Shown here: positions 1-9,231 of the stretch, in pieces
How the letters are laid out: the number at the start of each line of letters is the position of its first letter
How positions within the stretch are numbered: the stretch's first letter is position 1
NCBI GenBank assembly: GCA_965237905.1
Contig: OZ250172.1
Span: 352,001 to 416,000, forward strand
DNA from: Nitrospinaceae bacterium
GTDB lineage: Bacteria > Nitrospinota > Nitrospinia > Nitrospinales > Nitrospinaceae
Reading direction: 5' to 3'
Length of the DNA stretch: 64,000 nt
Notes under the pieces: model-generated
Seen by the model: only the letters and a program-made list of their open reading frames with translations
Told to the model about the DNA's origin: nothing
Database searches by the model: none
Translations under genes and position numbers: made by a program

Positions 1-755
1 AATACCCCTCGTTTACTCCCAAGGGGGATATCCGGCGCTTTGCCAGGGAAACCCTGACTTATGATATCGACTTCCTTTTCTTCGAAAAGGCGGCTACTGC
101 AAAGGTGCGCTTTTACGAGTACAAAGGAAAATATTTTGCGACGCTGTCTGCCGAAACCAAGGGAGTGGTGGGCTTTTTCACCAATTACCGGAAACACTAT
201 TACAAGTCCACATTTAATATTATCGACCAGGGCCGACGAGTCCAAACCAGTAAATTCGAAAGGGATGTAATCATCGGTCAGGAAAAAGAACGAACCGTTC
301 ACTTCCTGGATTATACCTCTCGAACTCACTTCTGGTTCTTGTTTGGTGGAGGAGAGCTGAAAGAACGTAGCCGTGACCCTATTCCAGAAGGGGTCATCTA
401 TGACGATATCCTTGCGTTCTTTTACAATTTCCGTAATGGAGTCTACGGTGACCTGAAAAAAGGGGGGACTTACAAAATTGAGACTGTGCCGGAAAAAAGC
501 ATGAAAAATATTACCACTTACATTAGTACGGAAAACGAGCAAGAACAGTTTCGCATCAGTGAAAACCGAACCAAAAATGACGAACTGTTACTGAAGGTAA
601 TCATTCCAAAAGATGTCTTCAAAACTGAAACGGGCGAGTTGGTCTTCTGGGCCTCCAACCACTATATCCCTCTCGAAACCACGATTAAGGACTACCTCTT
701 GCTGGGAGATTTGCATGGGAAACTGACCAGCGGAATACCGGGTAAATTAAACTAG
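1..755 (+). CDS. DUF3108-like protein, 5'-truncated by the window edge
   Basis: The frame of ORF 105..755 is open back to the window start (YPSFTPKGDIRRFARETLTYDIDFLFFEKAATAK...). 'ETLTYDI' and 'YDDILAFFY' resemble DUF3108 proteins (recalled similarity). Confidence 0.55.
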   Translation, partial: YPSFTPKGDIRRFARETLTYDIDFLFFEKAATAKVRFYEYKGKYFATLSAETKGVVGFFTNYRKHYYKSTFNIIDQGRRVQTSKFERDVIIGQEKERTVHFLDYTSRTHFWFLFGGGELKERSRDPIPEGVIYDDILAFFYNFRNGVYGDLKKGGTYKIETVPEKSMKNITTYISTENEQEQFRISENRTKNDELLLKVIIPKDVFKTETGELVFWASNHYIPLETTIKDYLLLGDLHGKLTSGIPGKLN

Positions 756-800
756 CGGTCTATTGTTACCCTACCCCTTCCAATCCTCAAATCCGGCCTT

Positions 801-1145
801 TTAAACATCCCAGGTCGGTAAAGGTGGATCCTGCCAGATATTAACTTCTGTGGTTTCATCCAAAGTCACCGCACCAAAAACCACAGAATACGGAGGCGTG
901 TGTTCGCAATCGTAATTGACTTTCATTTTGCGGATATCCCATTGGCCGGATTCAGGTCCCACCAGCGTCAGCGAATGAGCGAAACTGCCTATCTCGAATC
1001 CGCCGGAGAAGGTTTCCGCCGGCCCCACCCCGCCCTGGGTATCCTCCAAGGGCATTTTATGGTTGTTGATGGTGAAATGGACCGGTAGATCGGTTCCCGT
1101 CTCTCCGGTTTCGATTTCGATGTTGAATCGGTTCAGCTTGGGCAT
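801..1145 (-). CDS. hypothetical beta-rich protein, possibly PLAT/LH2-like
   Basis: 114-aa ORF with GAGG RBS, 8 bp downstream of the nfu gene. 'IEIETGETGTD' and 'WDIRKMKV' echo PLAT motifs. Confidence 0.6.
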   Translation of the reverse strand: MPKLNRFNIEIETGETGTDLPVHFTINNHKMPLEDTQGGVGPAETFSGGFEIGSFAHSLTLVGPESGQWDIRKMKVNYDCEHTPPYSVVFGAVTLDETTEVNIWQDPPLPTWDV

Positions 1146-1153
1146 GAGGTCCT

Positions 1154-1936
1154 CTAACTGTAATAGGGATTCAAACCACCGGCGTGGTCGGTTTCATCAT
1201 AAATAGCGCCAACATAAGGCACCGCTTTCCTAAAGGCGCTGTGGATCCCCTGTTTCAGTGTTAGATCCGCCGCACTGCACCCCTGGCATCCTCCGCCCAT
1301 TTGAATGGTCACGGTGTTGCCCGTTATCGCAGTGAGGGTGATTTTGCCACCATGTCCGGCGACTCCGGGATTGACCTCGGTATCGATCACCTTCTGAATT
1401 TCTTCCTGCACGACCTGCTCGGAAGGAATCTTTGCGACGATATCTTTTGACACCAGATCCGTTTCCGCTTCCAGTGTTTTGCGCAGTGCGCCTCCCACTT
1501 CCTTCGCGAGGGCTTCCCAATCGGATACTCCCTTGGTCCCTGTTTTGGTGACCACGGCGGTAGAATCGTGGATCAATAAGGTTTCGACGGATTCGACGCT
1601 GAAGATCGACTCGGCCATGGGAGAACCCGCCGCCTCTTCAAAATTCGAAAACAACCAGGAATGCCCCTCGAACAAAGGACGGTTCACCATAAACTTGCAT
1701 TGCTCATTATCCCGCGAAGGCTCGGCCTTAATCAGGATTTGGTCGGACGGAACACCCGCCTCAGCCTCTTCCATAAGTACCGGGGCCTGAACCACTCTGC
1801 GACGGGCCGGCGGTTCCTCGGCAAAAGAACTTTGGGAATCTGACGGCTTTGGGTTTTCGCTCACCGTTTCCCCTGTTACTTGCTCTTTGGAATCCGGCCC
1901 CGAAAACATTTGCGATAATTTCTTAAGAACTGACAT
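1154..1936 (-). CDS. NifU/Nfu-family Fe-S scaffold/carrier (Nfu_N + NifU-C domains)
   Basis: C-terminal 'VNPGVAGHGG...MGGGCQGCSAADLTLKQGI' CxxC motif, N-terminal 'GSPMAESIF' Nfu_N-like segment, AAGGAG RBS. Confidence 0.9.
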   Translation of the reverse strand: MSVLKKLSQMFSGPDSKEQVTGETVSENPKPSDSQSSFAEEPPARRRVVQAPVLMEEAEAGVPSDQILIKAEPSRDNEQCKFMVNRPLFEGHSWLFSNFEEAAGSPMAESIFSVESVETLLIHDSTAVVTKTGTKGVSDWEALAKEVGGALRKTLEAETDLVSKDIVAKIPSEQVVQEEIQKVIDTEVNPGVAGHGGKITLTAITGNTVTIQMGGGCQGCSAADLTLKQGIHSAFRKAVPYVGAIYDETDHAGGLNPYYS

Positions 1937-2197
1937 ATAGTAACACTCCTTGAATATCGGGTACGAATACCCGGATACGAATTCAATTATGGTAAAGATC
2001 GTACCTTACAAAGCTCACCACAAAAAGGCCGGAATCATTTCTGCAAAAAATCCCGCCTTCTACAAATCAACAAACTACATTAAATAATATAGTATAAATA
2101 TATGTTTTTAAATATCTATTTATATTATAGATATTTGACTTTCAGAAAGCAAACTACAGGGTTCCTTACCCGGCAAGGGAAGTATTTTCCGGAGCCG

Positions 2198-2569
2198 TCA
2201 AAGCCGGAAGGCGTCCTGGACGAGCTCGATTTCCCAGGTTTTGGGTTGGTTGGGATCGCCTTTAATCCCCACCACGTCGAACCGGCAGTCCCTGTTTTCG
2301 ATCCGGTGCTGGGCCATGAACCCCTTGGCGACCTGACCGATTTTTCTCTCCTTGTGTGGCGTGACCGCTTCCAACGGGTCACCGTATTCCGTATCGGCCC
2401 GGGATTTGACTTCGACAAACACCAGCACTTGATCCTGCTCCGCGACGATATCGATCTCTCCGGATTTGTTGCGATAGTTTTTCTCGACGATCCGGTATCC
2501 CCTCTTTTTAAGAAACTTGACCGCCGCCTTCTCCCCTTCTTTGCCAAAATGTAAACGTTCCTCGGTCAC
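2198..2569 (-). CDS. yraN: YraN/UPF0102 family protein
   Basis: 'GKEGEKAA..FL...GY.I..KNYR...GEIDIVA....LVFVEVKSR' and 'CRFDVV' signatures. Confidence 0.92.
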   Translation of the reverse strand: MTEERLHFGKEGEKAAVKFLKKRGYRIVEKNYRNKSGEIDIVAEQDQVLVFVEVKSRADTEYGDPLEAVTPHKERKIGQVAKGFMAQHRIENRDCRFDVVGIKGDPNQPKTWEIELVQDAFRL

Positions 2570-2620
2570 GGACTGCCTCCCGGATTGCGCAACGGTTTGC
2601 CGCCTGATATGCTCTCGGCC

Positions 2621-3070
2621 ATGATACTTGGCTGGGAAGACATTGTTGGCGGCACCACCATATTGGCCTTCCTGATATGGCTGGGCTTTACCGGATTATT
2701 CTATCTGGTGTGTTACCTGGCCGCTCTGAACACCTTCGACCATATCACCAAAAACAGCTGGGTCAAAATTCCCCTGATGTTGGTGATCGCACCGTTGGCC
2801 GCATTCATGATATCTATCTTCAACTACAATCCGTTGATGCTGTTTCTGTTGATGATGATCTCCAATTATTTCCGGGTCAAAAAACTGGGAGGCCCGGACG
2901 ATAAGCGGTTTCAGGGCCTCACACTCAACCGGCCCTTGTTCTATACTGCCAGTTATCTGTACATCATCGCGCTTTATGGTTTCTCCGCCTGGTTTCAAAG
3001 TCCAGTGGAAGTGGGCGACCTCACCACACCCCTGTGGAAAAGCTGGTTCCCGGATATTCACGAAAATTGA
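2621..3070 (+). CDS. hypothetical integral membrane protein
   Basis: About four hydrophobic segments. ATG at 2621 preferred over the track's TTG at 2585. Confidence 0.7.
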   Translation: MILGWEDIVGGTTILAFLIWLGFTGLFYLVCYLAALNTFDHITKNSWVKIPLMLVIAPLAAFMISIFNYNPLMLFLLMMISNYFRVKKLGGPDDKRFQGLTLNRPLFYTASYLYIIALYGFSAWFQSPVEVGDLTTPLWKSWFPDIHEN

Positions 3071-3079
3071 TACCGCCTC

Positions 3080-3822
3080 TCACCGCATCATCTTCGGAAA
3101 CCACATCCCGGTTTTGTTCCGGTACTCCACATATTCCTCGCCGAACTGCTCCTGCAGGGCCTTTTCTTCGTGATGAATCCGGTATTGGAACCCAAACCAG
3201 GCGGAGGCTAATCCCAATCCTCCCGCCAGCCAGTAATGCGTGGTCAGCGCGTACGCCAGGATAACGACCATCATCGCCGTATAAGAGGGGTGGCGAATCC
3301 AGGAATATAGTTTTTCCTTCCGCAGGGTCTGCTGGTCCCGAAAAACAATATCGAATTTGAAGGCCTGTGCGCCCAACTGGTAAACCGCCATCATCCGCAT
3401 GATCGAACCCACACTAAATACGGCCATAATGATTGCCAGTTCCCATTGTCCCAGGGGAATAGAACGAGTACGCGACACATAGGACAATCCGATCAAAGCG
3501 GCGGCAATGGGCAAAGTATGCCCCAGTAGCTGCTTGACGTGTGCCCGGTCGAACGTTGCATCAGCCGATTTGACGGTAATCACAAAAATCACCAGCTCGA
3601 TGATGCCAAACACCATATTGTGAGTCGACTGCACCACGAACCGGGGCCGATGGTTGTCTCCCATCCAATAGGAATCAGGGGAAGCAGATAAATCATCCCG
3701 ACCATAATGATGTTGAAGTTGTAGTTGATGCACAACGCCACGACAAACACGGCCAGATAGATCAAAAAGTTGGCCAGTATCCACCAGAAAGCCCAATGCT
3801 CAATCAACCATGCCTGATCCAT
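3080..3822 (-). pseudogene. isoprenylcysteine carboxyl methyltransferase (ICMT/PEMT-like) family membrane protein, split by an apparent 1-bp frameshift near 3640
   Basis: The C-terminal frame has 'LYSWIRHPSY' and 'RIHHEEKALQEQFGEEYVEY'. The hydrophobic N-terminus (MDQAWLIEHWAFWW...) lies in the overlapping frame of ORF 3589..3828. Confidence 0.7.
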
Positions 3823-4165
3823 CCTCACCGGCCCCCTTTACTCTGTTATTTCAGCCCTTTTCCAATACCGTGCGCAATGCTTAATGCATTGAATTTAAAG
3901 CCAGATCCTGTATCATGAATGCAACTTGGGTGCTGGACTCACAGGGAGTATGCAAAATATAACCCAAAATCGCATTCTTGTGTTTTTTGAAATGTTTTTG
4001 TTATATGATTAATCCATTATAATAAATAGGTAAAGTCGCCGGGCTTTCGATAACATGAGATGTTTCAGTAGTTTTACCCGGCGCTCTCCCAATCTGAAAT
4101 TGAATCGGCCGCTGACGGCAGAATAGCTCTTAAGCCCCGATTTTGTAAATTAAAGCAGGTTTATC

Positions 4166-6553
4166 ATGGACTTGGAAACCTTAAACCTCCCGCCGGAGGT
4201 CAAACAGGAAATCGAAGACTTCGCCGCCGAGGTGGAACGCCTTGAAAAAGGCGAAGTGGGTGAAGAGGATTTCAAACGGTTCCGCCTGCAACAGGGTATT
4301 TATGGACAGCGGCAGGAAGATGTGCAGATGGTCCGCACCAAACTGCCCTTCGGCCGCATCACTTCCGACCAGCTCACCTGCCTGGCAGATTTCGGGAAAA
4401 ACTATTCCAACGGGATTCTGCACGTCACCACCCGGCAGGATATCCAGTTTCATTACGTCAAAATTAAAGATGTACCCCAAGGTCTTCAAGACCTGGCAGA
4501 ACATGGCCTGACCACCCGCGAAGCCTGCGGCAACACCGTCCGCAACGTCACCGCCTGCCATAAATCCGGCACCTGCAAAGAGGAAAAGTTTGATGTCACT
4601 CCCTACGCTGGAGCGGTCTCCCGGTATCTCCTGAGACACCCTTTAACGCAAAACCTGGCGCGCAAATTCAAAATTAGTCTCGGCGGATGCAAAGGCTGTG
4701 GCTTGGGACCGATCCACGACATCGGTATGAACGCCGAGATCAAGGATGGGGTGCGTGGCTTCAAGGTCATCATAGGCGGCGGCCTGGGCTCCTCCCCGCA
4801 TCTGGCTAAACTCTTATCGGAGTTTGTACCTGCAGACGAAATATTGCAAACCTGCGAAGCCATCGTTCAGGTCTTCGACCAGCACGGCGACAAAAGAAAC
4901 CGCAACAAGGCCCGTTTCAAGTTTGTGGTGGAAAAGTACGGCGTCGAAAAAGTGCGTGCGCTCGTCCAGGAGGAGTTTAAAAAACTGGAAGGCACCCAAT
5001 ATCCTGCAATCGAAATTCCCGAAGACGCCACTCCCACTATTCCGAAGTTTTCGACCAACGGGGATATGGAATCGGACAACGATTTCGTTCAGTGGAAGGC
5101 ACGCAATTCCTACGAACAGAGGCAAAATGGATTTTACAACGTACACATCAAATTACAGTTGGGCGACCTGACCCATGACGAGGCTCGGGCCCTCAGCAAA
5201 ATCGCCTCCGACTATGCCGCAGGCATTCTCGTTTGCACCGTGTTTCAGAACCTCATGATCCCGTGGGTGAAGCCGGAAGCGTTCGGCCCGGTTTACAATG
5301 CTCTTAAAAAAATCGACCTGCACAAAGCCGGAACCGAAGAGTTGAAGGATATGACGAGTTGTCCCGGTTCCGAGACCTGCAACCTGGGAATCACTCACTC
5401 CCGAGGGTTGATCAATAAATTAACCGAGGACGTAGACAACGAAACCACTGATTCGACCGATTTGGATCACATCACCATCAAAGCCAGCGGTTGCCCGAAC
5501 TCCTGTGGTCAGCATCACATCGCGTCCATCGGTTTTGCCGGTTCCGCGAAGAAGGTGAACGGCATTCTCGCCCCCCATTACGAAATGATGATGGGCGGCC
5601 GCATCACCGAAGACGGAGCCGTTTTCGGCACCAATGTGATCAAACTACCGGCAAAGAATGCTGCTAACGCGGTGCGCCGTTCCGTCGATGCCTACAAGAA
5701 AGACAAGCAGAACAACGAATCGTTCGTGCAGTTCTTCGACCGGGTCGGCAAAGGATACTTCTCCAACCTGCTGATCGATTTGAAGGAACTGCCTGATATC
5801 GAATCGTCACCACAATCGTATATCGATTTCCACGCGACCAAAGCTTTTTCACTGGACGACCGGGGACAGGGCGAATGCGCCGGAGCGGTTACGGATATGA
5901 TCTCCGACCATCTGTCCGAAGCCGAGCGGGCTCTCTTTCAATGCGCTCGGGCCTTTGAGAAGAACCAATTTGCCGAAGCGGTCCGCCAGGCCAACCGGTC
6001 GATCGCTTCCTCCGCCCGCGCTTTGCTGGTAACGGAAGGCATGGATTTTACTGACAACGTGGAAACCCTGACCAAGTTTGAATCGCTGATCGTGGAAACC
6101 GGCATCGTTTCCGAAAAACACGCCGGCGTCACGGAGCGTTATCAGGAAGACCCCGAAAAAGCTGACAACGCCAAAGCGAAGATTATGCTGGATGAATCCC
6201 AGGCATTGGTGGACGAATGCCGGAAAGCCAACGATAAGATGCAATCGGACAAATCGCTCCGCATCCGGGTCGGCTCCAAGGGCAATGTCGCCGAAGAGTC
6301 CTCCGGTAACGGTAGCGCCGATGCGGCGGCCATTAGCCAGTCTATCGATCTGCTGGGAGTTAAATGCCCCTTCAATTATGTCAAAACCAAACTCAAGCTG
6401 GAGACCATGCAATCGGGTCAACATCTTGAGGTTCTTCTGGACGACGGCGAACCCTCCAAGAACGTTCCCCGAAGCGTCCAGAATGACGGACATAAACTAC
6501 TGTCCCATGTGGAAGAAAACGGACACCACAAAATCGTCATTGAAAAAGCGTAA
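4166..6553 (+). CDS. siroheme/[4Fe-4S] sulfite/nitrite reductase with C-terminal HEPN-like and TusA/SirA-like domains
   Basis: 'LHVTTRQDIQ', 'CGNTVRNV', cluster ligands 'SCPGSETC' and 'SGCPNSCGQH', and C-terminal 'IDLLGVKCPFNYVKTK' TusA CP motif. Confidence 0.9.
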   Translation: MDLETLNLPPEVKQEIEDFAAEVERLEKGEVGEEDFKRFRLQQGIYGQRQEDVQMVRTKLPFGRITSDQLTCLADFGKNYSNGILHVTTRQDIQFHYVKIKDVPQGLQDLAEHGLTTREACGNTVRNVTACHKSGTCKEEKFDVTPYAGAVSRYLLRHPLTQNLARKFKISLGGCKGCGLGPIHDIGMNAEIKDGVRGFKVIIGGGLGSSPHLAKLLSEFVPADEILQTCEAIVQVFDQHGDKRNRNKARFKFVVEKYGVEKVRALVQEEFKKLEGTQYPAIEIPEDATPTIPKFSTNGDMESDNDFVQWKARNSYEQRQNGFYNVHIKLQLGDLTHDEARALSKIASDYAAGILVCTVFQNLMIPWVKPEAFGPVYNALKKIDLHKAGTEELKDMTSCPGSETCNLGITHSRGLINKLTEDVDNETTDSTDLDHITIKASGCPNSCGQHHIASIGFAGSAKKVNGILAPHYEMMMGGRITEDGAVFGTNVIKLPAKNAANAVRRSVDAYKKDKQNNESFVQFFDRVGKGYFSNLLIDLKELPDIESSPQSYIDFHATKAFSLDDRGQGECAGAVTDMISDHLSEAERALFQCARAFEKNQFAEAVRQANRSIASSARALLVTEGMDFTDNVETLTKFESLIVETGIVSEKHAGVTERYQEDPEKADNAKAKIMLDESQALVDECRKANDKMQSDKSLRIRVGSKGNVAEESSGNGSADAAAISQSIDLLGVKCPFNYVKTKLKLETMQSGQHLEVLLDDGEPSKNVPRSVQNDGHKLLSHVEENGHHKIVIEKA

Positions 6554-6570
6554 AAAAGGTTCCAGGCGGA

Positions 6571-7452
6571 ATGCTTAACAGCATGACCGGTTACGGCCGG
6601 TCGGAAAAACAAAATGGACTGTTCGCCTGCAAGGCGGAAATTCGTTCTGTCAACAACCGCTTTATCGAAATCAATACCCGCCTGCCCAAGTTTTTGGCCC
6701 CACTGGAACTGCCCATCAAAAAGTTTATCAAGTCCAAATGCGCACGGGGTTCGTTCGACCTGTTCCTGAGCCTCGAAAAAAACGACGATTCCGGCACCGA
6801 TCTCGAAATCAAACCCAATCTGGGTCTTGCCACTCAATACTTCAAGGCCTTTAAGCAAATCAAAGATGAACTGGGCCTGGCGGGTGACATGCCCATCGAA
6901 GCTCTGCTGGGTGTGAAAGACATCATCAAAACAGAACCGCTGACTCTTGATACGTCTCAAGAAGAGATGATTCTGGAAACGGTGGGAGATGCTCTGTCGG
7001 CTCTGATAAAAATGCGGCAGGAGGAAGGCAGTAATCTACAAAAGGACCTTGCCAGCCGGTTGCAGGAGATTCATCACTTGGTGCAAAGCATCCAGGAACG
7101 TCAACCCGTGGTGCTGGAAGAATATCGCAACCGCCTCAACGACAAAATCAATAAACTGACCGAGGGAATGGAACTGGACGAAACCCGTTTGGCACAGGAA
7201 ACCGCCCTGCTGGCAGACCGGTGCGATATTTCGGAGGAAATCACCCGGTTGGGAAGTCACTTTGAGCAATTCAACGGCATGTTTGAAAAAGCAGGACCGA
7301 TTGGCCGGAAGATGGAATTCATCACCCAGGAAATCAACCGGGAAACCAATACCATCGGTTCCAAATCGGTGGACTACCAAGTTTCGCAGAATGTGATCGA
7401 GATCAAGAGTCTTCTGGAAAAAATCAGGGAACAAATCCAGAACATCGAATAA
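6571..7452 (+). CDS. yicC: YicC/YloC family endoribonuclease
   Basis: 'SMTGYGR', 'EIRSVNNRF', 'DISEEITRL', 'GRKMEFITQEINRETNTIGSK', 'EKIREQIQNIE'. Confidence 0.95.
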   Translation: MLNSMTGYGRSEKQNGLFACKAEIRSVNNRFIEINTRLPKFLAPLELPIKKFIKSKCARGSFDLFLSLEKNDDSGTDLEIKPNLGLATQYFKAFKQIKDELGLAGDMPIEALLGVKDIIKTEPLTLDTSQEEMILETVGDALSALIKMRQEEGSNLQKDLASRLQEIHHLVQSIQERQPVVLEEYRNRLNDKINKLTEGMELDETRLAQETALLADRCDISEEITRLGSHFEQFNGMFEKAGPIGRKMEFITQEINRETNTIGSKSVDYQVSQNVIEIKSLLEKIREQIQNIE

Positions 7453-7493
7453 ACCGCCCTTGGCCGGGCGAACTTCAACGACCTCATCTTTCT

Positions 7494-8120
7494 ATGGCTC
7501 AAGAAGGATTACCCATCATCATCTCAGCGCCCTCCGGTGCCGGCAAAACGACCCTCTGCCAGGCTCTGAAGAAACGGCTGCCCGATCTCAATTTTTCCGT
7601 ATCGCACACCACACGCCCTCCGCGCGAGAATGAACGGGATGGAGTGGATTATCATTTTATTTCCAAGGAAAAGTTTCTTGAGATGACCGACCGCAACGAA
7701 TTTCTGGAATGGGCCCAAATCCATGACAACTATTACGGGACTTCCCTGAAAAACATCGAGAACACCCTGCAAAAAGGAAAGGACCTGGTTCTCGAGCTGG
7801 ATGTTCAGGGCGTAGAATCCCTGCGTGCCCTGAAATATCAGGGAGTTTATATTTTTATTTTGCCCCCCTCCATGGAGGAACTCGAAAAACGATTGGCTGG
7901 GCGAGGCACGGAACCGGATAACCAGATCAAGCAACGCCTCGAAGTAGGCAAAAAAGAAATCGCTAAAAGTCGTCTTTATGATTATGCCGTGACCAATGTG
8001 AATGTCGATGAGTCGGTGGATACCCTTCTCTCTATCATCCGTGCTGAAAAAAACCGGGTGAGCCGTTGCCAACCCGATTGCCCCGAAATCCGGAAAATCA
8101 TTGAATCGGGAACCGCCTAG
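7494..8120 (+). CDS. gmk: guanylate kinase
   Basis: P-loop 'SAPSGAGKTT', 'SHTTRPPR..E.DGVDYHF', 'NYYGT'; follows yicC. Confidence 0.96.
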   Translation: MAQEGLPIIISAPSGAGKTTLCQALKKRLPDLNFSVSHTTRPPRENERDGVDYHFISKEKFLEMTDRNEFLEWAQIHDNYYGTSLKNIENTLQKGKDLVLELDVQGVESLRALKYQGVYIFILPPSMEELEKRLAGRGTEPDNQIKQRLEVGKKEIAKSRLYDYAVTNVNVDESVDTLLSIIRAEKNRVSRCQPDCPEIRKIIESGTA

Positions 8121-8122
8121 TC

Positions 8123-9193
8123 ATGTCCAATCTGGATTTAATTCAACTCGTCAAAGAAAAAGTTCAATCGCTGAAAGCCTACCATGTGGAGAATATCGAT
8201 TGCGAAATCAAACTCCACGCCAATGAAAATTCATTTCCGCCACCTCCGGAAATCCTCAAGCAGTTTGAAGAGGTTTTCAAATCCACCGAGTTCAACCGTT
8301 ATCCGGATCCCGACTGCGGCCCACTGAAGCAAACCCTTGCCAAGCGATTGAACGTCGCACCCGAAAATTTGGCTATCGGCAACGGGTCCGACGAGTTGAT
8401 TCAGATCCTTCTGCAGATTTTCTGCGATCCCGGCGAAACGGTTGGCTTTCCCGACCCCACGTTCGCCATGTACGCCATCATCGCTCAGGGAATGGGCCTG
8501 AAGTCGCAAACCCATCCGTTGGATGACCAATGGGATTTTAAAGCGGCACCGTTTCTCGAATCGTTGGAAAAAAGCCAAGCCCGTATCGCTTTTATCAGTT
8601 ACCCCAACAATCCTACGGGCAATTGTTTTTCCGCACCGGAAGTGCAAAAGGTCATCGAAAATTTTTCCGGCATCGTGGTACTGGACGAGGCGTATCATGA
8701 TTTCGCCGGGAAAACCTTTCTTTCCGAATTGCCGAAACACAACAATTTGGTCCTCTTAAGAAGCCTGTCGAAAATCGGCTTGGCCGCCCTGCGGGTGGGG
8801 TATGCTATCGCGGACCCCATCATCATCGACCAGATCGACAAAATAAGACTTCCTTACAACTCCAACACCCTTTCCCAGAAATTGACGGAGCGGTTGCTGG
8901 ACCACTTCGCTCCCGTACAAAGGCAACTGGATGCCCTGATGAAAGAGCGGGACGGGATGATCCGGGAACTCTCCAAATTCAAATCACTCAAAGTCTTTCC
9001 ATCCGACGCCAACTTCGTACTTTTTCGAGTGGAACAGGATTCCGGCGCCCTCTTCAAGCAGTTGATGGAAAACGGCATATTGATCCGCGATTTAAGCAGT
9101 CACCCACGCCTCAAAAACTGCCTGCGGGTCACCATCGGAACACCTGATGAAAATAAGGCGTTTTTGGAGAAAATGGCACATATAATCAAATAA
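8123..9193 (+). CDS. hisC: histidinol-phosphate aminotransferase
   Basis: 'KLHANEN', 'RYPD', 'GNGSDE', 'PNNPTG', 'DEAY', PLP-lysine region 'RSLSKIGLAALRVGY'. Confidence 0.92.
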   Translation: MSNLDLIQLVKEKVQSLKAYHVENIDCEIKLHANENSFPPPPEILKQFEEVFKSTEFNRYPDPDCGPLKQTLAKRLNVAPENLAIGNGSDELIQILLQIFCDPGETVGFPDPTFAMYAIIAQGMGLKSQTHPLDDQWDFKAAPFLESLEKSQARIAFISYPNNPTGNCFSAPEVQKVIENFSGIVVLDEAYHDFAGKTFLSELPKHNNLVLLRSLSKIGLAALRVGYAIADPIIIDQIDKIRLPYNSNTLSQKLTERLLDHFAPVQRQLDALMKERDGMIRELSKFKSLKVFPSDANFVLFRVEQDSGALFKQLMENGILIRDLSSHPRLKNCLRVTIGTPDENKAFLEKMAHIIK

Positions 9194-9231
9194 TTATGGA
9201 TATTTTGGCCATTTTCTGATCTCCTATAAGT

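Noticed and set aside
3875..3891. CAATGC-N5-GCATTG inverted repeat
   Set aside because: Only 6-bp arms, which is plausible by chance without comparative data.
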